Shown piece after piece: positions 1 through 13,500 of a DNA stretch of 64,000 nucleotides. The number at the start of each line of letters is the position of its first letter. Position 1 is the stretch's first letter. Under the pieces are notes generated by a model. It was not told the origin of the DNA and made no database searches. It was given only the letters and a program-made list of their open reading frames with translations. The position numbers and the translations under genes were made by a program. Source of the stretch: Podarcis tiliguerta (Eukaryota); NCBI GenBank assembly GCA_965153285.1, contig OZ229115.1; one strand, 5' to 3'.

Positions 1-737
1 TGGATCAGCTCTGACTCATAGCATCTAATATAATTTGCTTTCTCAATGTACTTTCTACATTTTTTATCTGCCAGTGGAGTTATTTGAGGGTGTGTTTCTA
101 GCTTTTAGACGCCTTAGTTACCTAAACTAATGTAGTAGCATTCTTTTAGCATACCACCTGGATCTTGCAATAATAAAAGTTAGACTAATGTGGAGTGGGA
201 TTTTGACATTGCCACATTATTATTTTTGTTGTTTCCTGTTCTATTTCAGGGGAGGCATTAACCCATAAAGCCATAGAAACTTCTAAAGTATATTGGCTTG
301 TTCGTCAGGGGAAAAATAATAACGTGGTGCGAATTTGCTTGAATTGTTCAAGTTATATGAATGTTAAAATAATATGAGCAAACGAAAGCTCTTCTAGCTC
401 TTCCAGATAATAATGCATTACATAGCTTTAATAGCTTTCCAAATTGTAGTTTAGCTTCTTTAAGCAGATCAGTTTATTTTGCTTTAGATACATAGTGAGA
501 GCCTTAGGCTGTCAGTGGTTATGTGAGAATCAACTGTGTGTGATTCACACAGGAAGTATTTGCATATTTCATATGAAATTACATTGTTTGCTCTCTAGAG
601 GATGACAAGTGTATTTATCCTTATCAAAAATGACAAACATTGTGGGAATATGTTTTGCTGGGATCCTTGAGAGAGTATTAGAATAGTTTCTCTTTTCTTG
701 TGTCCCATAGGAGGACTCTTCTTAATTTTCTCTTTTA

Positions 738-969
738 ATAGAATCATAGAATTATAGAGTTGGAAGAGACAATGAGGGTCAGCTAGTCCAACCCTCTACA
801 ATTCAGGAATCTCCACTAGATCATACATGACAAATGGCCATCCAAGCTCTGCTTAAAAACCTCTAAGGAAGGAGATAGTACCACCTCTCATTGAAGTCCG
901 TTCTACTGCCTAACAGCTCTTCCTGTCAGAAAGTTCTTCCTGATGTTTAGTCGGAATCCTTTCTTGTAG
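738..969 (-). mobile_element. CR1 LINE 3' end fragment
   Basis: atagaatcatagaattatagagttggaag is the reverse of the CR1 (ATTCTATG)n tail, followed by typical CR1 3' sequence. Confidence 0.85.
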
Positions 970-1499
970 ATTTCATTATTTTAGCTGACAGAAACAAAAT
1001 TCATTGATTGATTTTCTACAATTCTCTAAAATATATGATGTCTTGAATCATGTGTAAGATGTTCTTTTATTTTTCTGTTTGCTATGAAATGAATAAACCT
1101 TATAAACCGTCATTTATAGCAACATTTATTTCAACATTCTGCATTTATGCTTGTTAATTGGTTCTCTGTGGTTTGTCAGGATCTTCCAGAAGAGCACAGC
1201 CGGCAATCACAGCTGATGTACACTGTCATGAAGTTAGATAAAATTCTAGAACCGCAAATATCTACTGAATATTAAGAGTCAGCATATTTGTCTTAAGTAA
1301 ATAATCTGCAAAAAATAATTTCAGCTACTGATATATGGCTATGATTCTCATTAGAGGTTGGCCAGGTGAATTGGATAAATTTTATGCAAATATATGGCTA
1401 GCATAATTTATTTTAAAACAAATAGCTTATTAGCAATTCTTGTATATGTTTAATGACTTTCTAATTTGAACTTATACTTTTAAATTTTGATACTTTTAG

Positions 1500-1556
1500 A
1501 CTTGTTAAATTACGAATATTGGAATTACGAGAGAATCACTTGAAAACTCTACCAAA
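1500..1556 (+). CDS. LRRC7: LRRC7 exon (LRR: [19 protein letters not shown]), phase 2/2
   Basis: acttttag|A CTT GTT AAA TTA CGA...CCA AA|gtaagt; LxxLxLxxNxL pattern. Confidence 0.95.
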
Positions 1557-4500
1557 GTAAGTGCTTATATATTTTAGTTACCTCAAATATTCAAAGAATT
1601 GTCCCGTCCCCCCCCTTCTGTTATGAATTGTGCTGTTTTGTTGTGGGATTCCCACTGCTGTTTCTATTTTGGAACATTGTACCACTGGGGGATATATTAA
1701 TGGCTATAAATATAAGCAGAAATGAGTAAAAGGTAGATAAGAATGAAAAAGCATACACATTCTAACAAACTTTAATCAAAATTTGATAAATTATGGGTAA
1801 GACCCAACCATTGGTAAACACATCCGTTACACAAATATGTTTTCCTAGTATTCTAGATAATAGTTTTGCTTGTATGTACCAGCTGCCTTCAACTGGCTGA
1901 TGAAAACCAATCTTACTTCCCAATCTTGGTAACTGTCCATCTACTTAGGATGGACTTCCTATCATGCTCAGGCAGGATCGTGATTAAACCAGCAAGCTTA
2001 ATAAGTGTTTGTAAACCAACTTCAAACTCTTGTTACTAAAGCTGGTTATGATGAAAAACCTTTTTTTTTTTTTGCATTTATGACAAGTATTCAACTTGTT
2101 TGTAATACTTGGCAGCTCTGATTATATTTGCATAATATCTGTATTTCAGAGCTCAGGATATATGAGTCAGAGAGCATATAACATAGATTACATTTGTGTT
2201 TGAACCCTTTAAAAAAAAAACGTTTTTTTAAATTATGCAGCAGAGTCATTTTAATAACTATCAAGCAATTACCAAGACTGAGCACCATTATGAAAGGTAA
2301 TGCTAGGAGAGGCTTTGTATGTGAATAAGGGGAGTTTTAATCTCTCTGGCAGTATTTTTTCTGAGTTCGAAATAAGGCTAGTTCAGAAATATCAGTTTGT
2401 GCATAAACACATGGGAAGGCTATGTTGAAACACATGCAATCCCTGCCTCCAGTGTCCCCATCCTTTCCAACTGCAGCCTTGGGCCTTTGCATATTGGGTA
2501 GAAGGTTTGAAATGTGATCTTTTCCACACGCCTATAATGTTACAGGTGAGGGATGCAGGTGGCGCTGTGGGTTAAACCACTGAGCCTACGACTTGCCAAT
2601 CAGAAGGTCGGCGGTTTGAATCCCTGCGACGAGGTGAGCTCCCATTGCTCGGTCCCTGCTCCTGCCAACCTAGCAGTTCAAAATCACGTCAGAGTACAAG
2701 TAGATAAATAGGTACCACTCCGGCGGGAAGGTAAACAGCGTTTCCATGCGCTGCTCTGGTTCACCAGAAGCGGCTTAGTCATGCTGGCCACATGACCCGG
2801 AAGCTGTATGCCGGCCCCCTCGGCCAATAAAGCGAGATGAGCACCGCAACCCCAGAGTTGGTCACGACTGGACCTAATGGTCAGGGGTCCCTTTACCTTT
2901 ATAATGTTACAGCATTAGGAAACCCAGGTTATGCTTCTGATCGTAAGCATATTCAGATTAGAATATGCCTTCAGTCCTTCCTGCTCAAAGCAAGAAGGTT
3001 GATGCTGGAACTAATCAGGTCAGTAGGGGATATTGGGTGATGTTATGCACAGCCCTGCACTCTCTGGCCACTTTAGCTCCCCTCACCATATGTTCTTTGA
3101 ATGGCTGTAATAGGACCGCTGTGCATCCTCCTTGAATCTGTAGGCCAAAACAGTTAAAAACCCTCACTGATCCAATTTTTTTTCACTCACCAAGCAAATG
3201 AACAAATGAAGCTGTCCCAATATGGGAGTGTCCATACATCAGAGTAAACCTTTGTTAATGGTAAATGGTTTACTTTAAACATGCGTATGGCTCCCATTTT
3301 GCACCTCCTGTAATGAGAGCAGGAGCAACAAACCATGATCTTGGCTTAGCAATTAGTCTGAATGAGGACTTCTGATTTGTTTCACACCAAACAAACCATG
3401 AAGGTTTGTTCTTGGGTTACTAAATGTGGTTTGTTATGAGTGGAACAAACCATGATCCTCAGTTCGGATGTAACACTAAGCCAGGGATCATAGTTAATTC
3501 TCCACACTAGCAGTGGAGTAAATCACAGGAGCCATAGAAACATTCCTAGTAAATCATAAACTATGGATTACCATGACATTTGATCCATTTTTCCTGTTAT
3601 TATCTACTCTGACTAGTGAAAGATGCTGAATAGGATCTTTACCCAACCTGCTGTATTGTGCTAAATAAATAAAAATAAAGCAAGTTAAATAAAAAGGTTT
3701 CTGGGATGGGAAAGTTTAACAGTGAAAACATTCTCTCTGCATTCTGTTACAACAGAAGGCTTTGATATGCACTGCTATAAATAAAAAATGAAACTTTATT
3801 TGATTTTGGATGTAAATGTGATTGAGATGAAATAAGGCAATTTGTGCTGTACACATATTCCCCTTTGAAATTTTCTGTGCAGAAATTGATTTGGACACTG
3901 ATGTTGGTGGGTTGTAGATGGCCTATCTGAGGCCTATTGGAGATTTATTAAACCTTCGGGGGTTTTTTGCAGTTAGTAGCAAAGGACTGAAAAAAGTATT
4001 TTATTAATATACATACTAGTTATAAAACACCACTTTGGCTTTCACCTTTGGAGGCCATAGCTGTAAAAAAGAAAAATATGACGGAAAGTTAGGTAACTTA
4101 TAGAAATTTAATTAAAGATGAGGGTGGAGAATTTAACTTAAAAGAGTTTAAGAATCTACCTGGAATGTTAATAACATGATTACAATATCATCATTTGAAC
4201 GAAATATTTAAAAAGGATATGAAGTAGGGGTTTGGGGAACAACTATCCCAATTACAAAGAGACCTGTTAAATTGTAGTGTTAAAGTGATGTCTGAAATGT
4301 ACAAGATGTTATTGGAATGGGAGACTAAAGGATGAACAAGTGAAATTTTCAATGATACACTGGGCAATAGATGTTGGTCATAATATAGAAATGGAAGCAT
4401 GGGAACGATTGTGGAACACGGATATAATATTTACAGCATGTTATAATTTAAGAGAAAATTATATGAAAATGCTATATAAATGGTACCTAACTCCCAGTAG

Positions 4501-7500
4501 ATTGGCAAAAATGTACAAATCATGTGGCGGTCTTGTAATAAAGTTAAAGCTTACTGGGAAATTATATATAATGAATTGAAAAATATGTTTAAGATGACCG
4601 TAAGACCCCCCCCAGAAGCTTTTCTCTTTGGAATTATAGGATTAGAACTACTCAAACAATATAGAAATTTATTTATGTATGCAACTACAACTGCAAGAAT
4701 GGAAAGATGAAGAGGTGCTGACGAAAGAAGATTGGATACAGAAACTAATGGAGTGTGCAGAAATGGCAAAACTTACTGGAAGAATAAGAAATCAAGGCAA
4801 CAATTTTTTTAGAAAGGAATGGAAGTGGTTTATTGAATATTTACAAACAAACTGTAAACAGATTAAGACACTGGCAGGATTATTGTAAAAACCTGCAGTT
4901 AAAAAAAAAAGAGAGAGAGATATTAGAATAGATAAATAAAAGAATAAGTTCAGACAATTTGGAGTATGCAGGAAAGGACAAAAATAAATGTAAGGAACTG
5001 CAGAAAGAGGGGGGAAAGGGAGTTGAAATTGATAATGTTAAAACTTGGCAAAATAATTGATGTAATGCATATAAATAAGAATATAAATTACACACACACA
5101 CACGTTACATTCTCCAGCTCCCCAATATATGCTGTGCAGATGTCATATTTTCCCTCTTGCCGGTGTCCTATAAACACGGTTAGAAACTCTATTTAAATAT
5201 AAATCTTGTTTATTTTATTTTTAAAAACCCTGCTTTTGAATATAAGTCTTTAAAAAGCAGTTATTTTTAAAAAGTAGCCAACTACAACATTATATACCCC
5301 CTTTATCTCTAGCGTCCCTTATCTCTCTCCCCGATCAGCAAACGATCAGAAGCTTTGTTTCAACAACCACTTCCCTCTCCCCCCCCCCAAAAAAAAGCAT
5401 GATCTGCTTTTTGCCCCTGGGCCATTCAGCTCCAGGGACCACACATTCGCTCCATAAGACGCACAAACATCTCCCCTTACTTTTTAGGAAGGAAAAAGTG
5501 CGTCTTGTGGAGCGAAAAATACGGTATGTGAGCAGTCATTCTGGGCGTAGGCCTCTGGGGAGTAATTTGAGACATCCTTTCCCAACACATTGGCACTGTG
5601 ATAATATTATAGACTCCTGTTGAGTATTCTGATTAAGAGTACAGCAGGATCTAACAGGTACTGGGCACATTTACGGGGGAAAGAGCACTGCAATTTAGTC
5701 AGGTGACCTCTCCTTGCCTGAAATGTCAATGCTGTGGCTGCAGTGATGCTACAGTTATATTATGGTGCTGACCTTCTGCTAGGCAGTTTGGAAAGCTTCC
5801 TGCCCTTTCCACACTACCTGACAGATGACAGGATCATTTGCTGGGCAAGAAAAGAGTGCCGGGATGCAGTCCAGATGCTCTTCAACAGTGCAGTCATATA
5901 TTTTGCAATCTATGGAGGAAAGAGTCACCAAAACCTTTCCCCAATAGATCAATGCCTATTTGGATGAAGAGGTTGGATAGAATGCTTACAAAGGTATTCA
6001 AAATGCATAAGATTGTGCTGAAAGTGACTGTTGCTACTCCTATGTAAAATTCTGAGAGCAGCAGTGACCGTGTCATTTGAAGAGGGGAAATGAGGGGGAA
6101 AGATTGCAAAGCGTGCGTGTGGTGGATTTATCTCCTACTACAAATGTTTCTATTAGTACCCTAGTTAGTATATTTTTCAAAACAAATTCGCTTCCATACT
6201 GCATGTATCCCCAGAAGATAGTACTTAAAGGGCAATAGGGTATAGGAGCCACCCCTTTCCATGAATTTTGAGGCATCCTTATTATCATCTTCATCATCCA
6301 TTCACTATATACAATGCCAAGTTTCTATTTGTACTTGAATTTTTTTCTGTTCATTTTGTCCCATTTATAGAGAGATGCAAGTACTGTAGCTAAAAATCCA
6401 GTAGTTTACATTAAGCAGGGAAAGGCGATCGTCTTAACCTAGGTCAGGGGTAATGTGAACAGTTGGCTAAAGGACATTGCTAATTCACTGAAAATGCAAT
6501 TCCCAAATTATTCTGTTGGGGACATGTCTCTGAGGACTGTGTTGCTTGGTTGCAGCTCAGCATTGATTGAAGATAATGCAACTGTCTGAATTAATGATTA
6601 GATGTTTATAAATTGTCATGATTACTTATGGTGTGTGCTGGCATGAAAAAAAAGTTGGCTGAAAAGGGACAGTTAAAAATACTGTCTTTGGGATTTCCAA
6701 TCAAAGTAAGCAGAATATAAAAGCACACCCTTATAATACGAAATTTTCAGTTCCCTAGATGGGAACTTGCTGGAATAGAAATATACCTTCACTCCTGTAG
6801 AACTATTCCTATATTTTAATTAAGTATTTTAATTTCATAATGAAATTGAAAGTTGAGCTTGCTGTAAGATGCAGTTAGGCAGTATCATGAAAGGCGTGTG
6901 GTTGTGGGTGTGCCTGCTTGTGGCCTACATCCTCCTAGTAACATTGGGAAATGAAACACATAAAGCCGTGTTCTGTATTGCTAGCAAGGTACACATGGCA
7001 GCTAATGAAATGGAATGAGGCATGGAAAAACTGAATGCAATTATGACATGTCTTGTGCTTTTTTTGCTGAGATGTGCGAGTGGCTTCACGGAAGTCTCAC
7101 ATTTCCTGTAACACGTACTTAGGTCAGCTTTTGGCTTGATCCTGTCGGATTCTTATGTTTGTATGTGTTTTAACCTACAAAGACGAGTCTCTGTTTCATG
7201 TATCCTTGGAACAGCGTCCTGTGAGATGACCTACTATTCAGATAATGAGAATAACACTTTCTAAAAGAATGAGATCACATTATGAGAGGTGGAAGGAGGT
7301 TTATTTTTGGATATCTGCCTTCAAAATTATTTTTAAGATGTTCTGGGAAGACAATATTCTTTGTAATAAGAATTCAGTAGCACTGGGATGGAACATAGAA
7401 TGACTCTCTTTCTTTTCTTGTAGTTTGATATAAGGTTATTAGACAATTTGCAAAACATAACTTTATATCCTTGCAACCATCATTTGTGGTACTTTCAAGC

Positions 7501-10500
7501 AAGCATTTTGCTTTTTGGTGTAAATAATTATTGAGCACCTAAATATTATTGGTCCATCTTGTAAACAGCATACAAGTTCAAAGATTTCTAGTTTGTACTG
7601 AGCAGTTTGTATCCAAGGTGTCTTTCTACAAGAAGATGGAGGTACTTGCAGTGCATATAGTTTAAACAAATGTGAACAACAAAAATGGCTTTTTATGCCA
7701 GAAATATATTGCCATGCTCATTGTTTAAAATAAGTTTTAGTAGTTCCAAACATTATTTGCAGATTAAATGTGTATTTTTAAAAGTATTTTAAGTGGAACG
7801 TCTCAGACTGCATATTCAGTGCTGCTACAAGCTTAGTTCTTCCTTCAGAAAGTCGTTCCAATTAAGTTATTTATTTTAGGAATGTTGGTTGGGGACATTG
7901 CTGTGGCTGCCCATCATCTTCTTTCCCCTAGAATGCCTATGGGGTTGGCTGAGCATAATGCTTGGTTTGCTTACGTTCTTCTCAATCTCTCCCCCCCCCC
8001 CAATCACTTGCCTCCTCCAAAGGTCTGAATTAAATGCTCGTTTCACTTGAATATTATTCAGTGTAACCCGTTTCCACATCTGCCCAATTTCTCTTCCTTC
8101 CACCTGTACATACCCCTTCCAAGTACTGTTGCTTATCTTTAGAATTTTCTTAACTGAGCATGTGCAGCCTTATTACTTTCCCTGCCTCTTGCACATGCTT
8201 CTTCTTCTTCTTCTTTTTTAAACACTAATGGAAATTCATGGTTTTCTGCATACTTTCAGAGTTACTTTGCTAAACTGCCACCTAGTCATCAGTGATCTGC
8301 TCGTGTCTGTGCATGGAATGCCCATTAGGGGCATGATTATACATCTGCATTTCTTTAAATATAGTTTTTTGAAGGACAATTATACAGAGTTTTTCTGCTT
8401 TCTACAGATAACAATTTTACCAGAAAATAATTGCATTAAAAAGTGAAGTGTTTGCCTTGCATTTATTATTTAAGTCATAGCACAGTAAGCTATACTTAGT
8501 TGCATATGCTTTGTGTGTAGAAAAAAAACCCCTGTTTTCATTTCCAGCAGTTCTAGTTAAAAGATCTTGAGTCATAAACCTGAATAAAGACTTATGATTG
8601 AAGCCTTGTAGAAATGTTATCAGAATATATTGTAACTAAGTTGTGTATATCACAATTCTGTCTTTAATAATTGACAGTTATCTTGCTTATTATTGATAAA
8701 GTCATTAGGCAATTATGCATTTGGTGTAAGTAACTCATTTTACATTGTATTTGCTGAAGATCAGGTATATCATAGCAAATATTATTATAACATAGAATTT
8801 ATACATATCATATTACACATAGATATGTGCAGAAAACCATCATGCTACTTACTATGTGCATCAAAAAGATAGAAGAGGTGGGAAGAGTGTGGCACCATCT
8901 TTGCATGAAGGCTGCACCTGCATATTGAAAAACTTGTCTCCAGTTTTTTAATCCAAAGCACCTGTTCATATTTTACTTTAAATAATTATTGATCAGACAT
9001 ATAATGTTTTCTTTTTCCTTGATGCATCATTTTATTTGACTGTACTTTCAGTTATAGTTTTTGGAGTTGTTTAGATAAAGGTAGTAATTAGATTACTAGT
9101 TACACTAGCAGTCTATTGAACACTTTTACAGTCATCCTGAAAGGTTGTAGAAGAAGTTAATTAGAAGTCAGTACCAGGGCATCTCCCTGAAAAGTCCTAC
9201 TAAAACTTTTAAAACAATTCCTGTGTTACAATTGAATTTGGAATTTGAAATGACTCTTGTGTAGGTACAATTAATGATCCTCCACATTCTGTTATAGAAT
9301 CATTCTGACTTTCATTGTCTTTGTTCATCAGTTCTCATTTATTTATATCTTAACTGTTTTCAGTTTGAATTAATCCTACGTGAACATGATTGACTAAACT
9401 GAACAGTTCGTATCAAGTTGCCTGTTCCCTTTGTAAACAAGACACTTGTTTTTCCAGTGACTTGGGAGAGTATAACGTCTGGTTGCAGACAGTCTGTTTG
9501 AATTAACTATCGCCTACCAGTGATGTCAGCACCTTCCCACGCACTAAGATACTTTGTTCTATACTTTAGTCCTAAGATATTTTATTCCGCTTGAAGAAGT
9601 TAGGTGTCCTGGGAAAAGTAAATTCCCTAGAGTACCTCTGCTGCTGCTGTTGCAGGATCTGAGATGCTAGGAAATGAGTAAAGGAGATCTTCCACTAGAG
9701 AGACCTCACTTCTTTAGTGGCTGTCCACATAAGGACAGGTAAGTGGGAAAAGAAGAAGAAGAAGAAGAAGAAGAAGAAGAAGAAGAAGAGAAGAGTTTGG
9801 ATTTGATATCCCACTTTATCACTACCCGAAGGAGTCTCAAAGCGGCTAACATTCTCCTTTCCCTTCCTCCCCCACAACAAACACTCTGTGAGGTGAGTGG
9901 GGCTGAGAGACTTCAGAGAAGTGTGACTGGCCCAAGGTCACCCAGCAGCTGCATGTGGAAGAGCAGACACGTGAACCCGGTTCCCTAGAGTCTATTGCTC
10001 TTAACCACTACACCACACTGAAGAGAATGGAGAGTAGGGCAGAGAAGCTCACAGCGTAGCAATTTGTTGGGAGGTATCTGAACCCTGTTATAACCCCAGT
10101 TAGGTCATCAGGTATATTATGGCATCTGAATTTCAAAACAGGATTTTTGAAATTCAGATCCCATCATATACCTGTTTCCTGATTTTACAAAACCTGCTTA
10201 GTTTGCTCAGCCCAGTTTGAATTGACCTGAGGGATGTTTTCCCAGCACCATCTGCAACTTGCATTTGCAATCTGTGCTTGTTCATCTTGCAGGATTTTTT
10301 TGCTGATAGTCATTTCCCCCTATTTTATAACATTTTGTTGTATCACAGTACCAAGCAGTTGACCAACATAACATTTCTAATTATTTACTTGTCTATATAA
10401 GTAGATATTTTCTAAAAACAAATTATAGCTTATATTCCTAAAATTATTTCAGTGCACTAAGCATAAAATTGTATTTGCACACCTAAAAAGCAGTTCTTAA

Positions 10501-13500
10501 ACACAAAGCTATGGCAATCCCCCCCCCCCATTTTTATTTTTTAGGTCTAACTGATACAGGGTTCTGCTTCACTGCTGAAATGCCTGTACTGTTTAACAAA
10601 ATGTTTAAAAAAATAATATTCCAAAATTAGTTATACATGTTCTCAATTTCCATTCAATTTCCTGCCTGTTGACATCTCAGATTAATTCATTTCCTATAAC
10701 ATTTTTAATTAAATATAAATTAGATTGGCTAGGACATTTTTCACTATAACATGACATCTCTTAATCGCCAGTGTTATGTTAATACTACTCAAGGTTGAAT
10801 TTCCCTTGAAATGAGACACAATACTTGATTAGGAGTTAAGACTATAAGAAGAGCCCTGCTAGATCAGACTGCCATGCTGTTGTCACACTGGCCAACCAGA
10901 TTGCTATGAGAAGTCTGCAAGCGATACAGACACAACAGACCTGCTCAGCAACTGGTATTCAGAAGCATACTCTCTCTGGTAGTGCACATCCTAATAACCA
11001 TTGATAACCTCCATGAATTTGTCTACCCACCTTTTAAAACATCCAAGTTGGTGGCCATTACTTTATATACATTACGATCTATACATTATCTGTACTCTGT
11101 CTGAAGTACTTGTGTCTTTCTTGACTCTTACAACATTCAGCTGCATTGGATGTCCTTGGATTCTAGTATATTCAGAGAGAGATAAAAACTTACTGATTTC
11201 CATTTTCTGCATTTCTTGCATAATCTCATACAGCGCTATCATGTCCCGCCCCCCCCCCCCCAAATCTCCAAACCCTTTCTCATTGAGGAGTAGTTCCTAG
11301 CCACATTATCATTTTGGTTGCCATTTTCTTAACCTGCTCCAGTTCTGTAACATTCTATTTGAGGTGCAGCAACCATTGGAGGCTGGTAGAACCTACACTT
11401 GTTGGGACATCTAGGAGGTCCCGTGGGTGGGGTTTAGGTCCCAATCCTCCCCCCTTGTGAGGAGGAGGTACTACTAAGTCAACCATTCTGTGGCTTCCCC
11501 CTCCTCTGGTTCAACTAAGAAAGGATCTTAATGCAACTTATTCTCAGGAAAGTGGACAAAGATTGCGGGCAGCATACATCATCCACCGAAACAAAACTGT
11601 AGCAGTTACCCCAGTGTCATATTGTGAGCTTCATGGCTCCATAATTCTCTCTCCTGTCCCATCAAAGAAATAGTTTCCTTTTGCAAGTTCTTGCATTAAT
11701 TTCTCTCACCTATTTCTTTCATACTAGTCTTACAGTAGAAGCAAAAGGGGGGATTTTTCCTACTTACCTCAGTCAAGGAAATGGCATGCATCTGCAAAAG
11801 TCCCGCCTCTCTGCTCTTTCATGCATGCACACACTAGGGACCGAGGGAGGAACTGATGAAGGGAATTACATGCTGCGCATTAAAAAGAGCAAATTTTTTT
11901 GCATTCAGTGCATTTCTATTACTGGAATAACCTCATGTTGAGAAATTACTAACGAATATATCTTTATTCATTTTTTCTGCTAATAGAACTGATCAGAGAT
12001 TTATTTCACAGGTTACAATACACAGTCTTAAGATTCCACTTTGTGTTAAGACAATATAGGCTTTAATTATTCTATCATCCACTTTAGCCTTGCGGGCTCT
12101 CAGTTGGAAACTCCATAATCTACTTTCCAAGGTCTGTGTTTCTTTTGGTAAAACTCCTGCTCTGAATATTTATAGTTTATCAAAGCTTCAAATTTTAATG
12201 AAACTGCCACTTCAAACTGAAAGTTTTAGGACATGAATAACCTTTTGATTTTCTAAATAAGATTAACTGCATTTCAACTGAACTAATCCTCAACTGTCTG
12301 ATGGTTCTCTGTGGACTGTCAGCAGTTTTAACACCTTTTAAGAAATCTTTACATGCATTTGAAAAAATACACTGGCCTGGAAATCACTACTGCATGTGCT
12401 TGAGATCATTATTTCTGGCATCAGCTCCTTGTGTTTCACCCTAAGTCCCCACCCACAATAAAGGGGACCTTTTGAAGGGATCCTTGAGATGGCCACTGGA
12501 AGAGGGAGCTAAAAAGTTCCCATGTGCTATCCAAGGCTGCTCCTATCATTAAACAGAGGAAGGTACCCGCCTCAGGCTAGGGAACAAGGAGGTGAAGAAC
12601 AGAGCTTTTTTGCACCCTAAACTATCTTGACGCCTCTGGGTATGGTGGAAGACAATGTCCTGTCATCACTGATAAATTAAAATGCAACTGAGTCCTCTTG
12701 GATTCTACTTGTGGAGTGGAGGAACAAGATTTTGTCCTTCATCTCAGGTCGCCCTGATCTAGACTAAAGCAGCATTTTAACATATCGTGGGAGTCTTGGA
12801 AATTGATGACTTAACCTTCATTTTCAGTTGTGAAGACCTTTGTTATTCACTAACATTTGAGAAAAAATATATATCAATGTGTGTGAAACTATTGTTCATC
12901 TTACACCTCACAGTGATACACTACTTCTGATATGAAGCAGAACCTTCTATAGGGCTGCTTGTCATAGGAGAATATTGTTAGTCATAGAAGAAGGCTATAT
13001 ATACAGATTGGGTGCTCACACTTTTGTCTCTGTATCTTATGTAGCAACCTGGGCAAATCACTTTCTACAAGCTTAACAATAGTTGGCTTCATTGCCGTAG
13101 TAAAAATATTGAGAGAAAGCCTTGATGACACATGTTGTTCCTACGTAGATTAAAAAAGAATGGCCAGCAGTAGAGATCTAGTGTGTATTCAGATGTGGTA
13201 TGTATGTGTTAAAATCATTTTTTCTTTACCTCCTTTTACATATATTTTGCTGAAGTATTTTTCACAGATATAATTGATGTAAATGTTTAGATGGAATAAC
13301 TTATTTTATCTTGTATCTGACAAATTTAATTTAGTTTTATACGACATTTGTTGTTATTATTAAAATTTGTATACCACCCTTCATCTGTAGATCTTAGGGC
13401 AGATGACAACTTAAAAATACAAGATAAAAACTGCAAAATACATACTAAAATAAGAACAAATACAAACCAATAACCCCCCATCCCCTCCCACAACACATTT

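Noticed and set aside
1552-1562. Read-through of the donor gives AAG TAA (a short LRR-only isoform)
   Set aside because: A stop is automatic for phase-2 GTAA donors, and there is no independent evidence of intronic polyadenylation in the sequence.
5600-6000. Overlapping short ORFs and an AAG|GTATTC donor suggesting another alternative first exon
   Set aside because: No ATG in the phase needed for exon 25650, no clear promoter or acceptor, and no recognisable protein similarity.
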